64,000 nt of DNA from Lingula anatina (lineage: Eukaryota; Animalia; Brachiopoda). How positions within the stretch are numbered: position 1 is the first letter of the stretch; the number at the start of each line of letters is the position of its first letter. Under the pieces are notes generated by a model that searched no databases, had not been told where the DNA came from, and was given only the letters and a program-made list of their open reading frames with translations. The position numbers were made by a program, and so were the translations under genes. The stretch spans positions 44,184,788 through 44,248,787 of the forward strand of contig CM120640.1 of the NCBI GenBank assembly GCA_051362555.1. The letters run 5' to 3'. Below are positions 12,401 to 25,600 of the stretch, piece by piece.

Positions 12401-15400
12401 CCTCTCAGCCCTTCCCGTTGCCTTACAAGGAGGACTTTGAATGTAAGAATTTAAAGATGCTCAGTGTAAGATTTTCTTGCAAAAAATCATACTAAACTAA
12501 TTTTCCTGGGGTAAATAGTATTTTTTTTTGTTCATTTAATCCACCTTTGATCCCCTTTCCTGACACTGGGCATGCCTCTGTAACAATCTGAGACAATTCC
12601 GCCCTCCAAAACTCACGTAACTGTGCCAAGATTGTTGACAGGTGGCAAATTTTTGTCAGCAAGTGTTTAATTAGATGATTTTTGGCAACATTAATGCATA
12701 GTATTTATCTGTTAAAAAAATGTTTTTAAAATCTTATTATTTGCCTCTTTAAGACCTAATTTTACTCTTATCTGGAGCACTCAACAAATAGTCAACCCCA
12801 GTACACATCTGCTCTTCCAGTGCTTTGATAGAAGCATATACCAAGTATTGCCTTTTCTTATTTTTAGCACTGACTTTGGTCTACCTCAGTTTTCAACATG
12901 ACAAAAGAATGAAACATTCATCCTCAACCTTATTAAAAAGCTGGTAGTTATAAGCTTGGTTTTTTTTCCAAGTATTTACTCTGTAAATATATACATTCTG
13001 ATTTTTTTATGCCAAGTTGAAACCAGACTAAAGATGTAACTTATGGATATGAAATGAGTCATTGGTGTTTATACCATGTTTTCTAGTGTTGCTCTCAAAA
13101 GGATTTTTAATAAGATTTATTTTAATAAAATAAGAAATTTAAGGGTATTTCTGGCTATTTTATACATTCACACAATTAAAGTAAAGGAACCTTACACCTG
13201 GTAAACAAATTTTCTTTCTTTTTTTAAATGTTATTTAATGAAATTACTTGTTTGAGATAGGTAGAGACTTAAGTAAGTTGCTGTTTGTGTATGGAATATT
13301 TTATTACCTTTTCCCTTTAGTTTACATTGATATTGCCCAAGGAACAAAGAGATGGAATTGACTACAGTAAATGTAAGAAGAGGATACCTTACATTCAGAA
13401 ATGAATTACTACAACTATTTTTGAAGATAAAAATTTTGAAATATATTTATGACCATTCAAGTATTTATTTGATTTCAGAAGAAATGCGCAGTTAGAAGCA
13501 TAAAAGCATTTCCTGTTCCACACAGTAGCCAGTAATTAAAGAAAAATAGACAATATTCTGAATTTCATTCTCAATATTTCATACAAGATCATCTGCACTC
13601 TTTAATTGAACCCCTTTGCTTATTAATATTTCATCCACAGCCTACAATGAGTCTGCAGAACCTTACGACATAGTCCAACAAGTAGGTACATTTGAGATCC
13701 TCTATGTCTATGGGCACAGTGGACATAGGAAAGTGCTAAAGCAAAGTGTCCTGCAGCAACCCTGTGATTGGTGTGGGGGAGGGAACAACACCAAACCTAA
13801 TGCCCTGGTGGGGAGCTCTGAATGGTAAGCAGAAGGCTGTCAGGTCTCTCCCAGGGATAACTTTGTTGGCAGAGATCCAACTGCTGCTGCACAGTGAATG
13901 TGGCAAACAGGAAGTTTTGCATACATGACATGGTATGGTGATTGAAGAAGATTTTAAAAGCAATGAAAAGGAGCTCAGCAGTGGTGCTTCTCTCATACAC
14001 GCTTATGCAAAGACTGGATTTTTTTCCTGCATATTGCTCTCTACACTGTGCTTTTACTGTGTTACTTATCTTCTCCTGTTTGTTTCTTCCTGTCTGATGT
14101 ACAGCATGTGTTGCAGAGACCATAGCATAGGCACTCTGATTTCTTACAGATGGCAAGGAACCTTGTTTGATTACAATTTGCGTGGGCTTTGAAACAGTAG
14201 GCCTTGCTTGCATGGCTTCCCACTAACCAAGTAGAATTTAGAAAAAGAATTCATCTTTATTTCTACAGCATTTGATGACGGCTCTGAACCATTTTACTTC
14301 ACTCCACAAGTGGGAATGTTTGACATTCTCACTGTGGCTAACAAGTCCACTACTACCAAGGTGCTTAAGCAGGTGGTGCTGCGAGCCCCCATCCACTGGT
14401 GCCCATTCTTACAAACTTTCCCTATGACTGTGGTCGGAGATGGCACATGGTATGTGTTTAGTCCAACACATTCTGTTTAAAACAACACACATTTGGGCTT
14501 AAGTCACCTTTATTCCTACACCTCTAAAATTACTGAACAAAGGCACAAGATACATGTAATAGTAAATGGGCACTTTAAAAACTCTCACTCTGAATGAAAC
14601 CTAGAGTGTAAGAGTATACTCACAGTGACTCCCCCAATCAACGTGCCTTGTCTCTGATGTAGAGGAGAGTCACAGTGTGTATCTTTACACTCAAGTTGCC
14701 CAATTGAGTTGAACAATATGCACAGTAGCATTTTGCAGAAAACTGCGATTAGTTTCATAATATTTGTTCTTATTATCACATTTTGGCTTACAATTTGCTA
14801 TTGTTTGCACCAGTGTGTAGGCAGTATTATTTTTTTCCTATTAAAGTTATTTATTGCACTTACCCTAACAACACATTTAGAGAGTCCATTTTTCACATAA
14901 ATTTTTATTCTTTCCTTGCCTATAATATCAGAAATATACATTATTATGACAGTCTATCACTCCCACCTAATCTGCACTGCATCTAGCTCCAAGCTGTATG
15001 ATTATGAGTATTAATTGATGAGGTGATCACCTCATGGTAGAAACTGATCTGGGAGAATCTGTGATTCTACTCTTACTGGAGTCCATTTCAGACAGCAGTA
15101 TCTGTTATGCCATAGTCACAGAGAGTTTTCATTTGAAATGTGATATTTATAAAGATTAGAATTTGTGTAATTTTTACATAAGTATTGTCATTATCAAATT
15201 GTATGCTCAGGTAAAGTTATGTGTATTTATTTTTAAGTTGTCACATTTAATAACTTAATGTGGCATCAAATCATGAAGCAGTTTCAGATCACAAGGTTTA
15301 AAGTGCCCTACAACTGAAACATCTGAAAAGCTGTTTTGAGAAGGTCCATTGTGTGGAATATTATTAGTGGAATCTTTTTGTTTGCTTCAAACTGTGTTTT

Positions 15401-16746
15401 TCTGCATTTATTTTTACCTGTCTTAATTAGGAAATGTATTTATCTCTATAATGCGCAAGTTTCATTTCTTGTTTAAACATGAGGTTATTTATGACAATAA
15501 GATCAGAAGAAATTTAAGCATTCATGCAGTTCCTATCTGCTGTCTGCCATTGCAGGACTGATCTGTCTGTCAGAGCAGATGTCCAGGTGCCATTGGTAAA
15601 TGCTACAGATGGCGTGTTCATAGCCGCCAGGGTGGACAGAGGAGGATGTGAGACTTTTGCTGCTAAGGGAATCTTCTTCTGGCTGTTTCCTACGGATTCC
15701 TTTGGTAATGCCAAGGTCTTTCTTACAATGGATTTGGGTGGGTATTACCTTCTACAGGTTTGTTTCTTATTAAAATGTATCCATTAAGGTTGCTTGATTC
15801 TTTAAAAAAATGAATTGTTGAAATATTGTGCCAAAATTACCAAAAATGTTTCCTTGACCATGATTTGAAAAACTTTTGAAAATGCAAAAGTACTGACAAC
15901 TTTTCTAAATTAAAAACTTGCTTTTTATCAAAATTAGATATAAATTTATGATATTTCTTTAACTGTTACCTCAGCACAAGACTTATTACAACACCAAAAT
16001 TGTAATGTTCAATGTACAATAAATGTAAGACTGACAAGTTATTAGTTTAGATATACACAAAAAGACTACATACAACTGTAGCTCTGCGGTATTTTGCTTG
16101 CATACATGTTGTTTGCAGAAATATTGCACAGTTCCTTTTCCAAGACAACTTGTATGTTCTCAGAGATGGGTATCATCAGAGGCTCATTGGTACATGTCAT
16201 GACAAAAATTGAATTTTACAGCTCTACTTCAAAACTGCTGCCTGAGCCTGTAATGCATTATATATACAATTATTACACTGTTTGGTGTATTTTCTTTTAG
16301 CACGCGCAATTCTGCTGGGATCAGGAAAATACAACATGGCCAGAACAGGAAATTGGAATTCACTGAGGCTAGATATTGTGGTAATGAATGTCTGTTTTAT
16401 CTGAATATTTGTAATGCCTCTTTATTCTGAATACAACTTGATAGATTGATTTTTACAAATGGAAATAAAATAATAAAGAAAGCTTTGTAATGATAACCAA
16501 ACAGATGGATTATGAAGAACAAAAAAAAAAATAAAAAGATAACAGTTTCTCATCTTATTCCAGGGCAAAGCAGTAAAAGCTTTTGTTGATGGCCACCAGG
16601 TGTTGTCCCTCATGGCTCCTGACAAGTTACCAGCCAATGGCTTTGCAGCACTGGGCACTGACACCTTTGGGATTGGATATTTTGATAACTTTGTGGTGGA
16701 AGCTCCACAGGATACAGTGTTGAAGTACCAGGTAAAGCATGCCTAG
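6424..16746 (+). CDS. GALC: Galactocerebrosidase (GH59), ~693-694 aa, 18 coding exons per isoform
   Basis: Exons 6424-6582, 7274-7342, 7578-7641, 7797-7885, 8160-8324, 8499-8537, 8788-8915, 9294-9411, 9917-9954, 10394-10518, 10878-11017, 11561-11650, 11914-12003, 12301-12442, [13641-13824 or 14269-14449], 15556-15737, 16301-16380, 16564-16746. All introns are GT-AG with matching phases. Motifs: signal peptide, [51 protein letters not shown] (acid/base Glu), WSSED (nucleophile Glu), [16 protein letters not shown]. Confidence 0.95.
13641..13824 (+). CDS. GALC: GALC alternative exon 15A (putative mutually exclusive exon)
   Basis: Boundaries ccacAG|CCTAC...GAATG|GTAAGC; 184 nt; phase 1 in, phase 2 out. 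Encodes [61 protein letters not shown]. Confidence 0.85.
14269..14449 (+). CDS. GALC: GALC alternative exon 15B (putative mutually exclusive exon)
   Basis: Boundaries ctacAG|CATTT...ACATG|GTATGT; 181 nt; phase 1 in, phase 2 out. Encodes [60 protein letters not shown], homologous to 15A. Not in the ORF track. Confidence 0.85.
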
Positions 16747-17676
16747 CTTAAGAACAAACAATGCCGAACAGAATGGTTTATATGACTGTTATGTTACAGT
16801 GGGGATTTCCCAGCAGACATTTGGATTTTTTAAATTTTAAAAGAAAATTTGATATAATGAAAGAAGTATTTAATAGTACATATCATTCCACAATGAGGTA
16901 CATATAGTTGTTGATCAACTGTGATGATTACTTTATTTTACAACATCTCAAGCTGTATAGATAAAAACATTGAGCAACAAATTTTTAATTGGCTGATTGC
17001 ATTGGTCTGATATTTATAAATTATTTAAAAAGCAAAATATATTTGCATATTGTGCAAAGTGTTTCTTTTCCAATTGTCTGTGACAGTTACTTGTGTAAAT
17101 TTTTGTGTTACCTGCTCCTTAGAAAAATGTCTTAAATAATTATTTCAAATTATAGATTTGAATGAAGAATATAAAGGCAATACAATCATATTAGATTTGT
17201 CTCTAAGATGACACTAAGTAGCAATTTTTTTTAAAAGTTAAATTGGGCCCACCTTGGAGTAACAGTTGTGTTAAGTGATGTAGGACATTTACTACAGTAA
17301 CTGATATCATATTTAAGAAATAGAAAGGGCATTGATGTGATACAGTGATTCTCAGGACTATAAATATTCTATATATTGATTTCTTCTATGTATTGATAAG
17401 TGACAGCATTCAAGGAATTTTGGTTCTTAATATATAGACTATTGTCTGTCAGGTTCTATGATTGAATGTTCCAAAGTGCCATATATTACCTGAGCTCCCC
17501 TATTCTTTGTAGCTTTTCCTTTTTTCACCCTTAATTATAGCATTATGCACTGATTTTATTATATGCTGGTATTTGAAAAATTCAGTGAACTTACATAATG
17601 GAAAAAGGGAGGTTCAAAAGTAAATGCATGAAAGTAATAAATATAATAAGTAGTTAAAAGTTTGTTGAAATTAAGT

Positions 17677-20600
17677 AAAAAAGTGCAATTTTTCCTGTAT
17701 CCTCAAATTTTATACAGCTGATATTGGGCCTGCTTTTATTACTGTATACAATCGAAGTACAGAAAATAAAAAAGACTAAGTTATTGCTTTGTTTCCCGTT
17801 TCAGTTTTCATTTTTACTAAGAAATAATTAGACTGAGTTTTTTCAATGTAAATAGTAAGGGAAAGAGTTTTATGGTGCTAGAGAAAAGGATTCTAAAATG
17901 TCAGATTACGTCACAACATTTATTGAGTTCTTTCTTTTACATTTTTATATTTTTTTCTATTCATTTTGTTGAGTGTTTTATCGGTACTGATCATATGATC
18001 ACATCAACATTTCAATTCTTTGTGATTTGTTTGTGCTTTTTTTAACCAAAAACTACCTTTTACTTCTCACAATGTTTCTGCTCACTAACAAGTGCTATGG
18101 TCGTAGACATTAAAATTAACTATTCCTATTAAATAAAAAAAAATGATCATTCAAATACAAATTAAGTCCGTATATCTATCATGGGATAAGTAAAAAAAGG
18201 AAAAGAAAACTGACACATAAAATAAAAAAAAATAGATGTAAAACTGGCAATGGGAAATTACTATTGACAATAAGATTATAAAGAAACTGCTGTCATTTAA
18301 TGCATGTAATGCAGAACTGGGTGGTAACTGTGTATTGGCAATAGGACAATGTTAAACATTTTTAAAATCTTATGGCTGGCACCAGTCTTTTATATAAAAA
18401 AATAGCTCTTAACCATCAATTTTACAACATTCCACGTCAATATTTACAAATGTTGGTTTTATCAACATGTTAATTTTTGTAAATATTTGGTTCCGTACAT
18501 ATAACACAACACAGGCCTAATTTGCACAAAAATATGCTTCGGAGATAATTATTCTCAAAGTGACAAGTTAAATGAAAAAAGAGAAACTGGTGAAAATCAC
18601 TTGTTCCTCTGTCTTACAGTAGTGACAAGGTGACATGAAAAAGAAAGATACTTGCACAATTCATTAACCAATTACAATACCTAACTTGGAGTTTAAAAGG
18701 TTTAGAGCATGAGTGCAGTATAAATTGCACGGATATAACAATTATGTGCTGAAAAACCTTATATAAAATGTGCACACAAAGACAAAACAACATAGTTTCA
18801 ATTGTATTCATTCAAAATTGGATTCTGATTTAAATACCACATAAAAATATAGTGCTTTTAAAAAAAGTGCAATTTTTCCTGTATCCTCAAATTTTATACA
18901 GCTGATATTGGGCCTGCTTTTATTACTATATACAATCGAAGTACAGAAAATAAAAAAGACTAAGTTATTGCTTTGTTTCCAGTTTCAGTTTTCATTTTTA
19001 CTAAGAAATAATTAGACTGAGTTTTTTCAATGTAAATAGTAAGGGAAAGAGTTTTATGGTGCTAGAGAAAAGGATTCTAAAATGTCAGATTACGTCACAC
19101 CATTTATTGAGTTCTTTCTTTTACATTTTTATATTTTTTTCTATTCATTTTGTTGAGTGTTTTATCAGGTACTGATCATATGATCACATCAACATTTCAA
19201 TTCTTTGTGATTTGTTTGTGCTTTTTTTAACCAAAAACTACCTTTTACTTCTCACAATGTTTCTGCTCACTAATAAGTGCTATGGTCGTAGACATTAAAA
19301 TTAACTATTCCTATTAAATAAAAAAAAATGATCATTCAAATACAAATTAAGTCAGTATATCTATCATGGGATAAGTAAAAAAAGGAAAAGAAAACTGACA
19401 CATAAAATAAAAAAAAAATAGATGTAAAACTGGCAATGGGAAATTACTATTGACAATAAGATTATAAAGAAACTGCTGTCATTTAATGCATGTAATGCAG
19501 AACTGGGTGGTAACTGTGTATTGGCAATAGGACGATGTTAAACATTTTTAAAATCTTATGGCTGGCACCAGTCTTTTATATAAAAAAAATAGCTCTTAAC
19601 CATCAATTTTACAACAGTCCACGTCAATATTTACAAATGTTGGTTTTGTCAACATGTTAATTTTTGTAAATATTTGGTTCCGTACATATAACACAACACA
19701 GGCCTAATTTGCACAAAAATATGCTTCGGAGATAATTATTCTCAAAGTGACAAGTTAAATGAAAAAAGAGAAACTGGTGAAAATCACTTGTTCCTCTGTC
19801 TTACAGTAGTGACAAGGTGACATGAAAATGAAAGATACTTGCACAATTCATTAACCAATTACAATACCTAACTTGGAGTTTAAAAGCTTTAGAGCATGAG
19901 TGCAGTATAAATTGCACGGATATAACAATTATGTGCTGAAAAACCTTATATAAAATGTGCACACAAAGACAAAACAACATAGTTTCAATTGTATTCATTC
20001 AAAATTGGATTCTGATTTAAATACCACATAAAAATATAGTGCTTTTAAAAAAAGTGCAATTTTTCCTGTATCCTCAAATTTTATACAGCTGATATTGGGC
20101 CTGCTTTTATTACTATATACAATCAAAGTACAGAAAATAAAAAAGACTAAGTTATTGCTTTGTTTCCCGTTTCAGTTTTCATTTTTACTAAGAAATAATT
20201 AGACTGAGTTTTTTCAATGTAAATAGTAAGGGAAAGAGTTTTATGGTGCTAGAGAAAAGGATTCTAAAATGTCAGATTACGTCACACCATTTATTGAGTT
20301 CTTTCTTTTACATTTTTATATTTTTTTCTATTCATTTTGTTGAGTGTTTTATCAGGTACTGATCATATGATCACATCAACATTTCAATTCTTTGTGATTT
20401 GTTTGTGCTTTTTTTAACCAAAAACTACCTTTTACTTCTCACAATGTTTCTGCTCACTAACAAGTGCTATGGTCGTAGACATTAAAATTAACTATTCCTA
20501 TTAAATAAAAAAAAATGATCATTCAAATACAAATTAAGTCAGTATATCTATCATGGGATAAGTAAAAAAAGGAAAAGAAAACTGACACATAAAATAAAAA

Positions 20601-21246
20601 AAAAATAGATGTAAAACTGGCAATGGGAAATTACTATTGACAATAAGATTATAAAGAAACTGCTGTCATTTAATGCATGTAATGCAGAACTGGGTGGTAA
20701 CTGTGTATTGGCAATAGGACAATGTTAAACATTTTTAAAATCTTATGGCTGGCACCAGTCTTTTATATAAAAAAAAATAGCTCTTAACCATCAATTTTAC
20801 AACATTCCACGTCAATATTTACAAATGTTGGTTTTATCAACATGTTAATTTTTGTAAATATTTGGTTCCGTACATATAACACAACACAGGCCTAATTTGC
20901 ACAAAAATATGCTTCGGAGATAATTATTCTCAAAGTGACAAGTTAAATGAAAAAAGAGAAACTGGTGAAAATCACTTGTTCCTCTGTCTTACAGTAGTGA
21001 CAAGGTGACATGAAAAAGAAAGATACTTGCACAATTCATTAACCAATTACAATACCTAACTTGGAGTTTAAAAGGTTTAGAGCATGAGTGCAGTATAAAT
21101 TGCACGGATATAACAATTATGTGCTGAAAAACCTTATATAAAATGTGCACACAAAGACAAAACAACATAGTTTCAATTGTATTCATTCAAAATTGGATTC
21201 TGATTTAAATACCACATAAGAATATAGTGCTTTTAGAAGAGTGCAA
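17677..21246. repeat. Tandem triplication of a ~1.19-kb unit between the convergent GALC and RTK 3' ends
   Basis: The anchor GTGCAATTTTTCCTGTATCC occurs at 17683, 18867 and 20054, and the array ends at GTGCAA 21241 (periods 1184, 1187, 1187). Copies are near-identical with scattered substitutions and homopolymer-length differences. Confidence 0.97.
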
Positions 21247-21592
21247 AGCCAGCTTAGCAGACCAGAACTACATCCTTGCTAATAAATATCACTCGGTAAC
21301 AATTAAAAGTATATAGCATATCATCACAGTTTGCTTTACTATCAGACACTTTACACTAGTGTCTGCTGTGAATAATATAATGCACAATTGTTACTGTTGG
21401 GTTTTACTAAAAAGATTTTATGCAAAGGAATTGGTGGCATTTTCAGATTTGAAAACTGTTTAAAATATCTTTCCTGTCCTTATCTTAGTTATGTACCCAT
21501 GTTATTGAATAAAAAAATAAATGTCTTAATATACACAATCAGATTTGTCCAATATCTCCAAACAGTTTAAATGAAAACCCTAGCTCAATATT

Positions 21593-22598
21593 TCATAAGG
21601 AGCATTCCGCAACCACGGAGGTTTTAGGCTGGTGCAATAAGAGGTCACTTCTCCACATTTTTTTCTTTAAAAACTGGCCATCATCATCATCTGTGTTGAC
21701 TAAATCAACACTGACACAGGTTTGAAGGGGTGGCTTGTCATTAAAACTAATGGATTCCAACTCGGTTTGGGCATTTTTGCCTATAGTTGTTGTGTGGCTA
21801 GTCTTCTTGGCTAGATTGAATGGAAAACGAGGCAGTGAACCAAAAGAAGCCTTCAAGCTAGAGAGCAGTCCATTGGCTTTTTCAAGAACAGCAACTCTCC
21901 GCGCAGGTTTGCTCGCCATCTCTTTTTGGTCAGGATTGTCCTCTATATCACAAACAAAGTCCATGTTATTAGTTGAAGTGGAGAAGTTTTTAGCACCATT
22001 TGCATGAGGAGTCTCTGAAGATAAACTTTGGTCTAACATGATTGCACTGTCATCCGCATGGATGCCCGAATCCATCAATTTATCAAGGGACGTTCGGCTG
22101 CCACTGCCTTGTGTGTTGAGTGTCTGCTGCACAGGACTTTCCTTTCTGCCAGGAGAGGATGTTAACAAAGGTGTAAGTTGAGACTCAGGGTTATGGACTT
22201 CAGCTGTGAGAAGATTTTGATTGCAGTTGTTGTGCTGCTGCTGTGCATTGCTGGCTGTGTCTGCCAAAAGGAAAACTGTGCTGTCTGCACTAGAGCTTGA
22301 CTCCACTGTGTTACTCCTTACAGGCAGTGCACTAAAAAAATAATTGAATAATTCATAAATATTGGATAAGTTTTAATTTGAACACACTAACACTAAGAGA
22401 AATATTTATCTATTTAAAATCCAGTAATAGCTGAACATAATGCAGCAATCCATTTTAATAAGGTTGCACATAGCTTTTGCCTTAAATGTGCCATGAAAAC
22501 ATCTAAATTTATTTCTGTGTATTTAATAAGTGCTAAATACTGCATTCCCTATTGAAGAAAGAAAGACCATAAGAAAAAAGGATAAAGGATGTTACATG

Positions 22599-22656
<58 letters not shown>

Positions 22657-25600
22657 TATTTGGTATCCAAAAAGACATATGTTTAACACACTTACTTGTT
22701 TTGTGCACTATCACTCCCAGAATCCTGAACATAGTAGTCTGTGTTGCCTTGGAGGTTGAAATCCATGTAAGGATGAGAATCTTCTAGAATTGCCTCAAAG
22801 TTGGCTCTGAGCTCAGTGAAGTCAGGCCTGTCTTGTGGATCAGGGTGCCAACAGGTTAACATCACCTCATAGCTGTGAACAACAAAAATATCAGTGAATA
22901 ACTCGGCAGTTCACTTAACCTAATGTTACAAGAATATTGAAAAGATGTAAGCTGTATACAGAGGCTAAAAAGGAAACTTGGTAGTCTTGATTTTTAAGGT
23001 TTGAACCTTCAAGTGCACCACGATAATAGGCAACTGAATTTTCTTTGTCATGCTTCAGAAATAAGATATATAACCTTTTATGAAAAATATTTTTACTTTC
23101 ACTTCTTTACAGTGCAGAATGCGGATAACTTTTTATTCAAGTCTCAAAGAGTCTCAAACTACTTAGTGTGACAAAGAATTACTGAGCTATTATCATCAAT
23201 AATGGAAATGTGATTTACTTCAGCCTAGATCAGATTTCCTAGTCATTTATAAGAGGGTCCTGAAAGACGCTCATATTGAATAATAGCTCTGTCTGTTTAT
23301 AAGCTCACAGATCAGAAACAAAACCAAATGGCATTATAAAGTTCCCTATCTAGGATTTCCTGTAATCTCTTTAATCAAGACCTTCAACTATTAACTGGCA
23401 AAAAGATTGTAATAGATGGTTCTGTTTCATCTATCACCAATGCCATTGCCAGTATTTGCCATTATATCTTGCCTCTGGTGGAGGTAATCTCAAGAAACCA
23501 ACTAACTGAATGATATTGCAAGGTGACCATATTATTTCACATTTCCAAGGTCAGAATTTGGGTATAGAGGCTATGTTGTCAGGTGATTATAGTTAAAATC
23601 TGTTTCCAGTCTTAGTTACTCCTGATGCCACTCAAGATCAGCCAGTAGGCAGAAAAAGAAACCGAAGTCAAAATAAATATAATAAGACCAAAAAATCCAA
23701 CAAGAGTTCAGGGCTCAAAACTAAGAACAAAGAGAAAACTGATGTTCATCAGCAAATTTATCATCAACCCCAATTTTCCTTCTGAATCAGTAACATAACT
23801 GTACTTCACTATAAATACAAAGCCAAGACTATGACCTGATTTATTATACTCACACTTGCTGGCTACAGTTGTCTGGTTTTTCCATCCTGAAGCCTTCTTT
23901 GAGCAGATTGAACAAGTCCTTGTTTGGAATACCAGGATAAGGGGTGCCTCCAAATGTCACTATCTCCCATAAAACAATACCAAATGACCAGCTACAAATA
24001 GAAACAAACTGAATAAGTAAAACATTGACATAGACATTTATATAGAGTAAAGATTTATATGCTGAAAAATTATTATTTCATAAAGATGATTATTAACAGT
24101 CAAAATGTTTATCTTTTTCTGCACACTGTTTATCTTTTTCTGCACCGTTCTTGTTTTTCATAAAACTCACTTTTCATATCCTGTACAATTTTGCAAAAAC
24201 CATTACAAATTATGAAAAGTGCAATTTTCATTAAATTTGTTTTTTAATGCTTTTGAGGGTATTTTTGGGGTACCATATCAATACATAATTATCTTTACAA
24301 GCTAACTAAAACTTTCAGTAATGGTACAAATATATTAACTTACACATCACTTTTGGTGGTGTAAACCTGGTCAAATATGGCTTCAATAGACATCCATTTA
24401 AAGGGCACTTTCCCTGCTGTAGTCTTCCTGTACATGCTGCTTTCATAGATATCTCTGGTGAGACCAAAGTCAGAAACTTTTACCACTCCATTGTCACACA
24501 CAAGCACATTACGAGCCGCCAAGTCACGGTGTACATACCGTTTCTGTGCCAAGTATTCCTATACAATTGATAAAAACGAAATGTCAAAACTACTAAAAAT
24601 CATTATCTTAAGATTGTTATCTACAGTTGAACAGCATGAGACATTTATTGGTCCTTTTTAACAACTACACAATGTTACAGAAAGACGATTATATCCATTT
24701 GTACCTGGTAAAAGTAAATGTGTGATTACTTTTCAAGCTATGTACCCCAAACGAAAACCCCCATCTAAAGTGCTATGCTGTAACAAATGACAAAAACCTA
24801 TCAAATACTCTGCCAGAATGACCTTTAAACAAAATTGCATTTATTTCAAACTTCCATCCCCTGTCTGGGCCTCATCCGTTTATCTGGAAAATCTGACAAG
24901 TTTTATCATCCTGTTTTATTGGTCTCAGGTGTGTCATCTTAAACTAATAGATTTACTAACCATTCCCATAGCAATCTGCCTGGCATACGACATGAGCTGC
25001 GTCACAGATGGTAAGGCATCATATAATCCCACATCTGAAATAATTTCAAAAGCAATAACATGTAATGACTAGCAGATTGTGGTTTAGAGTCTGACACTGT
25101 CAATTTCCTTTTCTGAATCAAAATATTCCCATGACATTACTGTAAGAAAATAAAAAAAATTGAGGTTTTCTTTTTTTTTTTTTTTTTCAATGATGCTTAC
25201 TAAATAAAAGTGCAAGCTGTATAATTAAAATAAATTATTAGCAAAACTTATTATGTAACACACATGTAGAAGGGTGTATGAGACACAGTTATATCTCACC
25301 TTTGACCTCTGACTGACAGACGGGATCCCCCTGTCCCCAGATGGCTCCACCTGCAAGATGAGAGGTAGATGTTGTCTCAGAGAGGACACTTCCTCGGGCA
25401 GAATCTACACTTGTGCTGGAGACTATGCCATAGTCTGGGAAAGAACAAGGGAACTAAGCTTTCTAATGCTGTCAAGCAATGCCTAAGGGTTCATTTCACT
25501 ACAGTTAGAATTATTTAACAATGAAAATATGCGTGTATATGCCTTGGAGTAATAAAAAAAAACAAATTTCAAACACACTGACAGAAATTTGTCAGTTTTT

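Noticed and set aside
18614-21186. Three near-identical 65-aa minus-strand ORFs (MNTIETMLFCLC...)
   Set aside because: They are by-products of the 1.19-kb triplication in AT-rich UTR-like DNA, with no recognisable domain or splice context.
21593-21610. RTK C-terminus VAECSL as a CaaX or class I PDZ motif
   Set aside because: Cys is third from the end, not fourth, and position -2 is not Ser/Thr, so it fits neither consensus.
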